Origin: Camelus dromedarius
Lineage: Eukaryota
NCBI RefSeq assembly: GCF_036321535.1
Contig: NC_087438.1
Location: forward strand, 4,528,001-4,592,000
Length of the DNA: 64,000 bases
Direction: 5' to 3'
Shown: positions 12,700-25,700 of the stretch, one piece after another
Position numbering within the stretch: position 1 is the stretch's first letter
Layout of the letters: each line of letters starts with the position of its first letter
Position numbers and translations under genes: made by a program
The notes under the pieces: generated by a model
What the model was told of the DNA's origin: nothing
What the model saw: only the letters and a program-made list of their open reading frames with translations
Databases searched by the model: none

Positions 12700-13440
12700 T
12701 CCCAGCCTATGCAAATGACCTACCCTTCCACTCACACAGGTCTGTTTTGATTTCCCTCAAAAATGTTTCACCATTTTCAGTGTAAAACTCTTGCATATAT
12801 TTTGACATAGCTACTTCTCTGTGTCTTATTTTCATGCGATTGTCAATGAGACATTTTTCAGATTTTATGTCCTACTTGTTTATTGCTGGTGTGGAGAAAT
12901 ACAGCTTGGTTTCATTGCTGTATTGGTTTTGTATTCAGTCACTGTGCTACATTTGATTATTAATTTGAATACTTTATAGACTTCTTTGGCTTATCTATGT
13001 ATACAATCATGTCACCAGAAAGTAATGTGTTTTTTTTTACTTCTTTATAATTCTTTTGCCTTTATTTTTCTTGGTTTGTCACATACGTAATACCTACAGG
13101 ATGATGGTGAATTGTGGAACATCGTTGTCTCCTTCCTGATCTTGTGGGAAAAGTTTCAATATTTTATCATTAAGAGGTTTACTTCAAGTTTTTTACTAAC
13201 GCTTTTTATCACATTAAATAGGATATCCTATTCTATTCCTGGTTTTCAAGATTTGTTTTTTTTTTAAATCATGAATAGGTGTTAAATCTCATAAACTGTT
13301 TTTTTCTGAATCTAGACGATCATATGATTTTTCTTTTTTATCTTAACGTGGCAAATCAGGTAGATTGATTTCAAATGTTACATCTTTTATTGTAATCAAC
13401 TCAAATTTGAGCTGACATATTGTCATGTTTACATGTTGCT
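12700..13440 (-). mobile_element. Old L1M ORF2 fragment
   Basis: ttgctggtgtggagaaatacag...tatacaatcatgtcacc...ggaacatcgttgtctccttcctgatcttgtgggaaaagtttcaatattttatcattaag is typical reverse-strand L1 ORF2 text. Confidence 0.75.
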
Positions 13441-15118
13441 AAATTCTGGCTCTGAGTCCCACTCATCGTCCTGCCTGCTGGCCCCACTGATCGTGCCCGG
13501 ACGTCACCAGCAGGCACTTGGTGGTGGCCCTGCACTTGTGGCTGTATTCAGAGGCAGCACCTCCCTTGAGGCCGAAGTCTCCCTGGACCTTGCTAGGGGT
13601 TCTCCTCCATGGTCTCCCTTTGGAGGCTGGACATGCGAGTTCCCATATGGCCACCAGCTCCCAGCCCTGGTGCATCCAGTGGGCTGGTGAGTGACTGCTT
13701 CTCAATCCTCTGTCCCCTTTCGCAGATCTTCACTCCCTGAGCCCCTCCCACACCTATCAGCCCTAGTTCCTAAAATGAGCTCCTTGTTCTCAGAATGCTC
13801 TCAGTGTCTCTGTTTTTCTGATGGAGTGCTGACTCACCAGCAAGAAGAGGGTTTAGCAGAGCACAGGAGGAAGTCATTCGTTACTGTTAGATTGTATGGC
13901 TCAGAATGAATATGTAACTTTAATGACGCTTCAGTTGCCAAACAACAGCTTAAAAACAAAAGGCAGTAACTAGAAATACAAAAAAAGAAATTGATAGAAA
14001 AATAACTTCATGCTATAGAAACGTGTGAAAACACTCATGCTTTGCTAGAAAGAGGCAAATAACTCAAACGGATTTGATAAGAAATAGGAAACCAGGAAAG
14101 GACTCTTGAAATTTTAAAAGTTATCAAAAATCTGTCTTCAATAATGTTGCTGTAGCGAGATAATTTACAAATCGTTATCATGAAATCTTTAAGAAACAAA
14201 CGTCACTATTCAAACTACGTGAGTCTCACAGATGCCAAACTTTAATAAAATATTAATGTCTATTGTCTGGTAGTCTATTCCAGTAATAATCCTCCATGTC
14301 TGAGTATGTTTTATTGCTGGAATGTAAGGGTGACTTAACATAAATGAAGCTAGCCTATAATTCTTGAACGAGTAAATAGGTCAAAGTAGAAAGACTACAT
14401 GATTGTTGATATATATTAAAAAAGGTGGTGGATAATATTCATTTGTAAATTTAAAAAAGCTTCTATAACTAGAAATAGAATGCCATGTTCTTAAAAATCT
14501 AACAACCAATTGGAAATCAGCAATTAAAGTATATTCAGCAGTGAAAAAATATGGGCACTCCCATTAAAATCGAGAACAAGAAAAATGCCTACAGTGACTG
14601 ACAAGGTTCATCACCGATTTGAACATTTTAGCCAGCGGAATAAGACGAGAAAAACACAAAACTGCACTCTGCAAAGTAGGAGACAATTTTGTCTGTTTTT
14701 ATAGGCAGTTTGATTGCCTGAAGAGCCCAAGAGAATCAACTTATTAAAACTAATGGGGAACAAGCTCAGGTTGAGTGGCTGGTTAGCAATCCGATACACA
14801 GGGATCAGTATCTTTTTTTTTTTAACCTCGTGTGAAACTAACCTGCATGCTGTCTAGCAGACTACACGCACTGTGAGGGCAGCTCCAGCTCGACCGTCCC
14901 TCCTCTTACGACTGCCGAGACCAGGGTTCAGATCAGATGGGAAAGGGAACCTGAAGGTCGTTAGAGCAATATCTTTCTGACATAGCAGCAATAACCTGTA
15001 ACGTTAAAAAATCATCTACATATTTTCAATTAAAAATTACTAGCAATGACCTTTAAAAGAATGTGCAGAGTCACTGTGGAGTGTCTACTGGTGCTTTAAT
15101 TCAAGACATAAAATTCTT

Positions 15119-15265
15119 TTTTTTTTAATTTATTATATTATTTTGGGGGGAGAGGTAACTGGGTTTTTATTTATTTACTTATTTTTAATGGCAGTACTGG
15201 GGATTGAACCCAGGACCCCGTGGATGCTAGACACATGCTCTACCACTGAGCTATACCCTCCCCCC
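15119..15265 (-). mobile_element. Camelid-type tRNA-derived SINE (Vic-1-like) with TSD
   Basis: The reverse complement begins ggggagggtatagctcagtggtagagc (A box)...gggttcaatcccc (B box) and has an A-rich tail. Direct repeat (c)aagacataaaattctt at 15102-15118 and 15265-15281. Confidence 0.9.
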
Positions 15266-15624
15266 AAGACATAAAATTCTTGAATAAGTGGTGAGACATA
15301 ACATTCTTCTGGGTAGGAAGACTTACATTAATTCTTATATATATTTACTACAATTTAATAGAATTCATTTATAGGATCTAAAAATGTAATATAATTTAAT
15401 ACTATTAAATTTATAGAACTGTACTGGTTTTTTTCTGACCTTGAAAAATTATTCTTAGATTTACCTGAAATAATACTTTTACCAGAATATGCAAGATAAT
15501 TTATTTCTTGTAAAATAACATTCAGTTTTGGAGAGGAACCCCTCCCTTACCAGACATTAAACATACCAGTTTACACCCTAATAATTAAAATGGGATTCTT
15601 CTGGTTGAAGAATGAACAGACTAC

Positions 15625-15817
15625 TTAACAGAACAGGAAGAAACTTTAGAAACATACTCAAGTGTTTGTAAAATTGTGGCATGTCACAATCACAGTAGTC
15701 AGAGAAACACTTGTCTGAATGACTAATTATTTGGAGAAACTGAATTAGATTTCCTATCTCACATTTTACACAGAAATCAATTCAAAATGCATTGAAGTTT
15801 GAAGTGTGAGATACAAA
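15625..15817 (+). repeat. Partner copy of the 193-bp inverted duplication
   Basis: Reverse complement of 9726-9918. Confidence 0.95.
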
Positions 15818-16703
15818 CACAAGTGGTATGGATACGTGCATGTATTTGAGTGAGGAAATGTTCAGCATGACTCACAATCAGGAGAAGTATTCTATGAACA
15901 GTTCATCCTTCACTGTGGTTGATCATTATTCTCAAAAGAATCACACCAACTCATTGAATCGTGGTTTTGTTTTTTCAAGCTCCACCAGTTGAAAACAGTA
16001 TACATATCTTATCTCAAATTACTCACTTATAAAACATTCACAAACGTAGAAGATGTTTTCCAGTATTGATCTTCACTTTACCATTAACATTTTTCTCCCA
16101 TGAAATTACACATCACAGTTTAGACATCAGGAGGCTGGGTCCTAAGGGGTGGGGATTCGGGTTTAAATGTGTTTAGCTTTCAAAAACTTTAACTAGCAGA
16201 CTATAAACAATGTGCCACTGCTGGTAATAATTGTTCACAGCTATTTAAAATTTCTGAATTCTGGAAATGCCTTTGCCTCCACAGCATGTCTGTTTTGCTT
16301 TAGGTATTTTGCAAACAAGATGTTTTTGGAACAAAACTTTCTAACTCCCCTGGGGAAAAAAAATCGTTTGTCATTTTATTGTTTAATGTGAAATGGATTC
16401 ATCATTTCCTATGACACTCCAAATTTCACAAATTCAGTCTCAGAAATTAGTGACAAGAAAATAAGGTGAAAATTTCTCCCATCTCCCTCCCATGGCTGTG
16501 TGTCCTGTGGAAAACATGTGTTATGATCTGTGTCTAAAACATGCTGAGTGCATTGTCCTAAGAAGAGTCAGCTTCTCTGGGGAAAAAAAAGAAAAAACTC
16601 AGCCAAGATCACTTGATAATTTTATAATAAAATGTAGTATTTCATTACAATGCACGTAAGCCCATTTCAAAAGGAAGGGGAGTGAATTTTAGAAATATTA
16701 CTT

Positions 16704-17104
16704 AAAGCCAGAAAAAGAAAGAAAAACACCATATGATACCACATATAAGTGGAATCTTAAAAAATGGCAGAAATGAACTTATTTACAAAACAGAAATAGA
16801 CTCACAGCCATAGAAAACTCATGGTTGCCAGGGGGGAAAGGGGGTGAGGAGGGATAAATTGGGAGTTCACAATTTGCAGATTCTAATTACTGTATATAAA
16901 ATAGATAAACAGCAGGGTCCCGCTGTATAGCACAATATCTTGTATATCCAATACCTTATAATAGCCTATAATGAAAAAGAATATGAAAAGGAAAAAATAT
17001 GTATGTATAACTGAATCACTATGCTGTACACCAGAAACTAACAAAACATTGTAAACTGGCTATACTTCAATAAAAAATTTTTTAAATAAACAATATCTCA
17101 AAAC
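16704..17104 (+). mobile_element. 5'-truncated cetartiodactyl L1 3' end with 13-bp TSD
   Basis: L1 3' UTR text ending ...acattgtaaactggctatacttcaataaaaaa. TSD agaaatattactt at 16691-16703 and 17105-17117. Confidence 0.9.
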
Positions 17105-19419
17105 AGAAATATTACTTGATTGAATCAAAGATGAAGACAAAATAAATTGAATATCTCCTTTTACTCTAAGTGACATTTCTTTGAAAGGTTTAGCACGCAG
17201 ATAATCCATGTCAGCAACTGAGCTGAGCTCACTGAACACCAGTGCGCCAGTTAAGAGACCCATGTCAATCTTCCCATTTTCACTTAATGAGGGCTTACGT
17301 TTTTAAGCCAGTGTGGAAAAACTACCCTCTTTTCCCCTAAGTTGAAGTCGTCTGGACAGCAGCCAGCTCAGAGCCTGGCACCCTTGGCATGGAATGGTTA
17401 CTCCTTAAATACTTACAGATTGAAGAATTCAGTCCTCAGATCCCCCTTGGCTGCCTGGAGCACCTGGGGGTGAACAGTGTCTGTCTCCTTTTGTAGTTCT
17501 TTTAAAAGATCTGCCCCAAAAGACGGCTAGGGGTGCTTCCTCCCTTGTGATGCTGGGTTGTCCCTGGCAGTCTCAGAAGGATCCACGCCTGCCCCGTGAA
17601 TGACAAAGGAGCCCAGAAGTGGAAACCAGTCACACCCGTGTGGACTGAGCGCCCCCTGCCGGCCGGCGACAGTGCCAGGGCCAGCAAAGGGCTTGGGTTC
17701 TCAGGAGGTAAGTTTCCTGCTGGGGATGAAGCCTCCAGGCCACTTGAAACACCTAGTAAATGAAAAATCAAGGAGTCGAGAGGAACCTAACTCCAGGCAG
17801 TGAGAGAAGCCCATCACTCATTTTCAACATCACTGCAGTAATTTCACCGTGACGGTGAATCTCCACCTCCCAATTCCATCACTTCAGGTTGATGGGGCCG
17901 GGAAAGCCTTATCAAGATCTTGGTTGGATCTGGGTCTGGGAGGTTTGGGTTGCATTGGGAGAGGCAAAGACAAGAGTGAGAGAACCTTCCAGAAAATTGG
18001 TGCACCCTGAATGGCAGGTCAGAGACAAGAAAGCCTGTGGCTTGCTCTGCTCGGGGGCTGTGAGCCAAGAACTCTGAGACGCTGGGCTTCAGCAGGTGGG
18101 GGGGTAGTTGGAAGTGAGGCTGGTCTGGAGACTGAGGTCCTGTTGGGAGGACGTTGAATATCAGTTCTTTTATTCAGTTGACAACTGTGTCCAGGACACC
18201 CTGCTGAGCTCTGCCAAAGGGTGGGCGGGTGGCACTCTCCCAGTCCCCAGCTGGGGCAGCAGACGGGGCAGCCCCAAGGTCAACTCCCTCTGAGATGGCT
18301 CACGTCCCATCCGCTGCACACGCTGTTGGTCACACTGAGATTTCCTACCCAGAACATTTAGCACCTGCTCCCCACCCCCGACGTGGCTTATGCTCACAAG
18401 GGTGGGACCGTCCCCAGGACCAAGGTAGGTGTCTAATTCCCATCAGCATGACCTGAGTCCTCATTCTGACTTCCTGATGGGAGAAGCCACACGGCTGGGT
18501 CCCTGCAGTGTTCCCTGCTCTCCATCCTGCTCCCATCACGTGGGAAGAAGGAATTCATGTAGATTTGTTCACAATGAATGCACGAGTGGATGAATTTTTC
18601 TACAGAAGAACCAAGAAAGCACAGCCACAAAGACAAAGCAAAGCTTTGATGATTTTGACATTTTTCTTTTACCCTAGACATTTTGAGGTCAGAGCATCCA
18701 CTAGTTTTAAATATTTTTATGATAAAAAGAAATTATTTGTTAATGGCTGCTTTTAAACTTAGCCAGACTGAGGATATAAACAGCCCTCCGTTTAACAGCC
18801 CAAGGCCTGCAAACTCCAGCACCAGCTTGGACTACAGAAGCACCGACTCTGAGTGGGGAGGACCAGTGGTGAGATGTGGCGCACGCACACAACGCTGCAC
18901 CCTTTGTCCAGAGGTACCCGAGGAGATGATATCAGAGCTTCCTTATCCCAATGGCTCTCTGTCCTCTCTGCCAGAGGATCCCCCTCCCATCCTCTCTCTC
19001 CTTCAAGCACGGCTTCAGCCGGCGAGATGTGATTGGATGCAATGTCACCGTGTCCCAGCAGCATCTTGAGAGCCACGGCATGGCTGGGCTGCGTCTCCCT
19101 TTTCCCTCCCCGTGTGACTCAGATGGGGCTGCTTCTTGGGCCGGGGTCCCCGAATAAAAAAGGTGCAATGTGGAACAGGGCCAGGGAGAGGGGCTGCCCA
19201 TGTGGGCCGTGTCATTCCTCTAAGCCACCGAGATGAGGAAGTGGGTGGTTACTGCGGGACAAATGAGCAAAGCCAATAAAGCGATTTATATTGTAAGACG
19301 TTAAACACACAGCCAAGGGAAGCCTGCGCTGGGCCAGCGTGTTCTTTCTAGTGTGACGCTCACCCCCTCCCCTCCAGGGAGGCCGATGTCCCCTCCAGCG
19401 GCGCTGGGTGGGCTCCTTC

Positions 19420-19918
19420 TGAGACAGGAGGGAAGGGGGCAGGGCACAACCATGGAAGAAAGGACACAGCATCGAGGACAGGACAGACTGGTTAGAACCA
19501 AGACGGCGGGAGATTTGACTTCCAGTACACCCTGAGTCTCATGGCGCACCCACAGGCTTCATGACAGGTCCCAGGCTGATGTAAAAGGCCAAAAAGTGGG
19601 TGGGGGCCTGATTCCTGGAAATCCCCGCCCCTTCCCCAAAATAGTTGGAATAATCCTCCTACTTGTTAGCATATGAAATTACCGAGCCCATAAAAACTAA
19701 GAACCCTGCACCTCCTGGTCACTCTCTCCTGCCTTCTGAGACGGCCCGCACGCTGCTGTCTGCTCTGTGTGTGTCTCCTAAGCCGCTCTCCCTTCTGACT
19801 GAGGTGGACCACACTGTCTAGGGAGTGTGTGTGTCTCTAAATAAACTTGCTTTCACTTTACTATGCCTTGTTCTTGAATTCTCTCCTGTGCGAGGCAAGA
19901 CCCTAATCTCTGACAACA
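19420..19918 (+). mobile_element. MER41-like ERV1 solo LTR
   Basis: TG...CA termini and a 4-bp TSD cttc (19416-19419, 19919-19922) typical of class I ERVs. MER41-like blocks aaccaagacggcg, gaataatcctcctacttgttagcatat and aataaacttgctttcactttact...gaattctctcctgtgcgag. Confidence 0.85.
19612..19626. promoter_or_regulatory. GAS (STAT) motif TTCCTGGAA overlapping a kB-like GGGGATTTCC (minus strand) inside the LTR
   Basis: Motif match only: ttcctggaa 19612-19620; ggaaatcccc 19617-19626. Function untested. Confidence 0.5.
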
Positions 19919-21904
19919 CTTCCATCTCTGCCTTAGGTTACGGTCGTCCCCCCAAGTGTCTGTGCGGGGATCGGCAAGTGCTGCGTGCAGAGCCGCCCAG
20001 GCTGGAGCAGCTCCTTCCAGACCCTTCCTGTAGGGGATCCACACCTCCTTCGAACACCAGCCTCTTGAAATGTGATTCTAAGTCCAGAACGGGAGTCAGG
20101 TCCTTGCCACTTCCCGAGGAATGACCGCGTTCTCTGAGCTGCACTAAGGCACTTTAGAGCTCAAATTAAACACTCCTCCAATTCAGGAAAATAAATTCAC
20201 GGACAGCAGAGGTGAACAGCGTCCTCTCCTGTATTTCCAAACTTGGTACTTGTCATCTCTTTGCTGGCGGTGAAACTCACGCCTTTTCCCCAACTAGTGG
20301 TCTGTTACGGAGGTACCAGGGCATCCTGCGCTGGTCTGGAACTTCAGAGATGGATTCCCTTGATCACTGACTCGTTTTCAGGGGCACCGCCCTGTGTTTC
20401 ACAGAGTGTGCCTGCGTTTCTCCCGGGTACCATTTCGTTTCTGCTGTGGCCGCCCTTCCTGACGGGGGCGCCCAGCCATCGCCCCGCCCCGGCTCAAACT
20501 CAGAAGAAAGGAGACATTACGATGGGAATTTTGCTCAGCAAATAGCAGGTTGGTGGAGGGGGAGAGCCCAGTTACTGCCTACATCTGTCTTTCTGGCGGC
20601 ATGGAATTCACTGGAAACGTCTCTGCCAGCAAGTCTCCGTGTCCAGCTCTGCCTGGGACTCTAAAGGGGGGCCTGCACCTCCCGGGTTGCTTGGCTGGGC
20701 CTGCGAGGCCCCCACTGCCGTGAGAAAAGAACCCACAGGTCTGTAAACTTGCTATTTTTAGGCCTTGGTGGACCTAAGCCAGTTTCCCGAGTGCAGCAAT
20801 CACCCAAATATTTTATTGAGTAGGGTCTTGAAAAATGACAGCACACATCTTAAATCTACTCAGAAATCTAAACAGGTTTGAAATGTCATGCAACTAATTC
20901 ACAGGGACAGACGATGGGCCTCCTCGCCTGGGTCACCAGGGAGGGGCTGGGGGGGCCCATCCCTGCCCGTCTGCTCTCGTCACCCACACCCAGCCCGGTG
21001 AGCTCACCCACCCGCACCGCAGGCCAGCAGCGAAGGGATCGCTCCAGACGCGCCCCTCCAGACGAGCCGCTCTTCCAGACTCAGGACTTGACACATCCAG
21101 CTGCCACCCGAGTGCCTCCCCGGGGTTTCCGGGATGCCTCCTGCTCCCCCAGGGTCTCTGTCTGGGGGAAGGAAGACTCTCAACTGCTCTGCCCACCAAC
21201 CCGGGGTGGACCCTTTACTCCTCCCTCTGCCCCCTCCCCTATCGTCCAACGACTCTGCCTTCAAACTACGCCAAATCTGCCCACTGGTCGCCCTCACGCC
21301 CCACCACCCTGGAACCAAGGCCCTGTCTCTTCCCGCGGAACTGCCATGGCCCCAGACTTGTTTCCCACCTCCATCCTCCCCACACCGGTTACCCCTCACA
21401 GAGCATGCGGGGCCACCTGCAAGGGGTGCTGACTCTGTCTCCACCGCTCAGCTCCGAATCCTGTGGTTCTTCACCTCTCGTCCCAGCCTGTGAGGAGGGC
21501 CCTGTGTGTCTGTGGGTCTTTAGGCCCCTCTGGTCTCTGCTTGTTAAATGTCACGCACATTTCATGACTCAAGCGACATTTTAGCAATGATTGTAAATAG
21601 AGTTGCTCCCCGCCTACCCGCCCAAGTCCTGGTTCACACAACAGAACGAAACGGACACCCAGAGGGTTTGTCTGGAAATAAAGACCAGTTAGATAAATAC
21701 AAAAATTAGTAGTTCATCAGCCCTGCAGACCCTAAACCATTCCCTTCCATCATCGGGGAAGTTGGAGCCTGACCAAGAGCAGGAAGCAGGGGCAGTGCCC
21801 TCGACTGCATCTTCCCCTCAGTCAGAGGAGGAATAAGTGGGAAACTAAAAATGCAAGGAAAACTCGAGCTTCTGTAAGAACCTCCGAGAAATAACACCAT
21901 GAAC

Positions 21905-22095
21905 ACACACAGGATGAGTGCCATGTGCCAGTCACCCTGGTGAGCCCTTCCCATCTGTTCATTCTTTTCATCTTCACACAACCCGACGCATAAGGTACAA
22001 CTATTGTGCCCATTCCGCAGATGAGGAAACTGAGGCCCTCTAGGCCTCCCAGTCAGGAAATGGTGACCCGTCTCCACAGTCTGTGTTTTTAACCA
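21905..22095 (-). mobile_element. MIR SINE
   Basis: Core tgcccattccgcagatgaggaaactgaggc. Confidence 0.75.
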
Positions 22096-23791
22096 AAGAA
22101 ACAGATCTGAGTTTGAGAGCAGTCTGGATGTCCCGACTGAAGTCCTAAAGCAGAAAGAAATGTCAGCAAACTCCGTGGACGGGCTGTCTGCCTCCCTGTA
22201 CAGAGTCATAGCTGATGAAATCCTCGGGCTGTGGCAGTGAGGTTTGGACTGGGCTGCCAATGACCTCAGTCGGAGACGGGGACAGAGCCCCAGGCGACTT
22301 CAGCTCCAGGGAGCGTCTGAGAATCTGGTGTGTAACGTAAATACTTGTTAAGTGCTTCCTGCTGTAAAGACTCCTCCAGGGAGCAAGAGAAATAGCGAAG
22401 CAAAGGGGTCTCTACTAGGTAAGAATGAAATACTGAGAAACGAGAATTTTCCTGTTTCATGTTCAGGTTATTTTTTTACATCAAAGATTTACACACGTAC
22501 GTATGTGCGTGTTTCTCCTGGAACTGACGCAGGGCCCACAGGAGGTCAGGCAGTACATGTGCAGTGTTCTGGGGTGCCTTTAAAACAGGCCCCTCGTCGT
22601 CCCTGCGAAGGCGAGGCTCTTGTGTCCTCCGCTGTGGCATCCTGCCCTGGGCTCCTCGGTGGGAACCTGGAAGTTCTCTGGATCTGCCCTCTTCCCTTCC
22701 TCCACGTGGAATCAGTTATGGGGCCCCGATGATTTTACCTCTGAAACATTCTGTGGCAGACAGTGCTGTGGCTTTGCCAGACCCATTTCCTTTCTATTCT
22801 GGGCTCTCAGCTCCACTGCACTTTCTAGAATCCTTTGTATTAGGTGGGGCCACCAGCCTGTGGGCCCAGGGTGTGTCGGCCGCTCTGGGCTTGGTCCCCT
22901 GACCCCCTGCAGGACCCTCCAGCCTGCTCCTTCCCTCTCCTGCCGGCCCTCTGCAGAGAACCAGCAGCGCCCGCCCCGCCAGACCCGCCAGACCCAGACC
23001 CGAGGGAACAGGGAGGGGCAGGACTCCTGGGGGAGAGAGCCTGCTTCCCGGAGGACCGTGTGAAGGCCCCTCCCTCCCCACACCCCGGCCCCAGCAGGGC
23101 CCACGCCGGCCTGGGGTGTGAACAAGAGAAACTCGCCACGTCCTGCCACGGGGATCTGCCACCAACCGCAGCCACAGCTACCTACCCTGACTTGTTTATC
23201 TTCTCCTAAGTCTTCCTTCCCAAACCTAAACCTGTGCCCGTCGCTGACTTTCTACTTCTCTCGACAGGCATGGCCTCCCAGCTTCTGCCCCTACCTTCAA
23301 CCTTGTCCATCACAACGCCATCTCCTAAGGCAGAGTGAGCCTCTTGGCAAGCACAGCGCAGACCCTCTCACTCCTCCGCGTGAATCTTTTCATGGGGCCT
23401 CTGATTGCCTCCAAAGTGCTGCGGTGGGGACATGGTCTCCCCAGGCCTGGCCTGGTCGACAGCACCAGCCTCACGTTAGCTTCCCGCGGACCCCACTGGG
23501 CTGGACACAGCGAGCCTGGCGATTCTGTCCTCAGGGCTATTTCTCCCACCAGCCCTTCCGTCTGCCTGCCCCCTACCTCCCTGTTGGCTTACTTCTCTGC
23601 ATTGGCTTTGGCAGCACCTCCTCCAGGCTCCCTTCTCCTGTGTCCCCCCAGGAGCCTGCATGCTGCCACACACATCACTGTTTTCTACCCCAAGAACACT
23701 TGGTTCGGCGACTGTGTTGGTTGTGTTGTGCACCTGACACACAGCAGGGGCTCAACAGCTAACCCCGGCCCAACAACCACAAATGTCTCCC

Positions 23792-24559
23792 AGAAGGAAC
23801 CCTCCTATGCTGTTGGTGGGAACGCAAATTGGTGCGGCCACCACGGAGGGCAGTATGGAGGTTCCATAAAAAACCTGACAATAGAACTACCATGTGACCC
23901 AGCAATCCCATTCCTGAGCATACATCTGGAAAAGATGAAAACTCTGATTCTAAAAGATACCTGCACCCCAATGTTTACAGCAGCACTGTTAACAAGAGCC
24001 AGGACATGGAAGCCGCCTGAGTGCCACCAACAGACGGCTGGGTAAAGAAGAGGTGGTCTATATACACAGTGAATACTACTCAGCCATAAACAAAGAATGA
24101 AATAATGCCATTTGTAGCAACATGGATGGGCCTAGAGATTACTATACTAGGTGGAATAAGTTGGACAGAAAGACAAATATCATATGATATCACTTACATG
24201 TGGAATCTAAAAAAAAAGGACACACATGAACTTACTTACAACACAGAAATAGACTCACAGGCATAGAAAACGAGCTATGGTTACCAGAGGGGAAAGAGTG
24301 GGGGTAGGGATAAATCAGTAGTCTGGGATTAACATATATACACGGCTATATGTAAAAGAAATAAACCACAAGCACCTACTGCATAGCTCAGGGAACTACA
24401 CTCAACATGCCGGAATAAACCATGATATAAAAGAATATGAAGAAGAATATATATACGTCTAACTGAATCACTATGCTGTGCACCTGAAACTAACACAACA
24501 TTGTAAATCAACTATTCTTCAATAAAAATAAATAAATAAATGAATGAATTTAAAAAAAA
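23792..24559 (+). mobile_element. 5'-truncated L1 (ORF2 end + 3' UTR + A tail) inserted in a MER20-like element
   Basis: Translation EPSYAVGGNANWC...IELPCDPAIPFLSIHL...DTCTPMFTAALLT is the L1 ORF2 C-terminus; aataaa and A tail follow. MER20-like text (aacaaccacaaatgtctcc | gtctccagacattggcaaatg) flanks both sides with a degenerate TSD. Confidence 0.9.
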
Positions 24560-25253
24560 GTCTCCAGACATTGGCAAATGACACCCAGAGACATATCAGC
24601 CCCACTTGCTCTGGAGTCACGTGGGAGAAGGAACCATGTGCTAATCCTGGCAAGAAACCAGAGGGCATGTTGTCTTGGTGGGTGGGGTCAGCCCAGTCAG
24701 TGTTGACCTGAACCTGGATTTTATTACAGCAGGCTCTCAGAAGCAGACTTGCAGGGACCAGATTCAGAGGAGATGGGGGTGACGGGCCCTGGGCTCACCC
24801 AGTATACCCCCGCCTGCTTCTGCTTTCCTAACAGACTCCAGTCTTTTTCAACAAAGCCATGTGCCCAGCACAAGCAATGCCTCACGGCTGGTCTAGATCT
24901 TTCTTCGTCACTCCGTTCTCAACACCCCAGCTTTCTGACAGTTAGAGGCGGCCTTACAACCGGTTCTAGTCACGAGATTTAAGGGGAAATCTAGTGTGAG
25001 GGTTGTTTTATTTTGTTTTGTTTTTAGAAATGTTTGCTTTTCGGATTAAAAGGGCCACAAGCAGCAGACACCTCCCTCCCCCACCTCCTCCGGCCTTGAC
25101 TGTGGTCATGATGACTGGGGCCAGGGCAGCTGTGGAGCCAAGGCCGGGGAGTCACAGGCAGGTCAGCGCAGACATTCTGGGGTGCTGTACCACCACGCCA
25201 CTCCTGACTTCTAATTATGGGAGAATAATAACTCTTTGCTTTTGTGACGCCCC

Positions 25254-25700
25254 TGTAGCGGGTTGAACAGTGTCTTCCCCCTACCCGCTTCCCAAGTTAA
25301 TGTCCACCTAGAATCCCAGCACACGACCTTATTTGGAACTAGGATCTTTACAGATGAAATTAGTTAAGGATCTTGAGATGAAATTATGCTCAATTTAGGG
25401 TGGGCTCTAAATCCAACGACTGGCATCCTTCTAAGAAGGGAGACTCACAGGGAGCAGGTTACGTGAAGACAGAAGTAGAGATTGAAATAATGTGGCCACA
25501 AGCCAAGGGACACCAGGAGCCACCAGGAGCTGGAGGAGGCAGGGAGGACCCTCCCCTAGAACCTTCAAAGGGAGCGCAGCCCTGCCCAGTCCCCAGTTTT
25601 GTGCTTCTGGCCTCCTCAGCTGAGAGTGAGTGGATTTCTGTTGTTTTAAACCCCCAGGTTTGTGATCATTTGTTAGAAGCAGACCCAGGAAACAAATACA
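25254..25700 (+). mobile_element. MLT1C-like MaLR solo LTR
   Basis: tgtagcgggttgaacagtgtc...ggaaacaaataca; near-perfect 5-bp TSD gcccc/gccac. Confidence 0.85.

Larger units (their letters stand above)
13910..15817 (+). mobile_element. Highly diverged L1M ORF2 remnant (hosts the SINE; its right end is the source of the inverted duplicate)
   Basis: A-rich sense-strand L1-like segments, e.g. tttattgctggaatgtaagggtgacttaacata, cactcccattaaaatcgagaacaagaaaaatgcc, ttagatttcctatctcacattttacacagaaatcaattcaaaatgcattg. Confidence 0.6.

Noticed and set aside
15185..15265. tRNA-like sequence on the minus strand
   Set aside because: It has an A-rich tail and a TSD, so it is a SINE rather than a tRNA gene.
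20878..23762. Cluster of 110-215 aa ORFs on both strands in GC-rich intergenic DNA
   Set aside because: They overlap in several frames, lack recognisable domains and show no consistent splice structure; attributable to composition.
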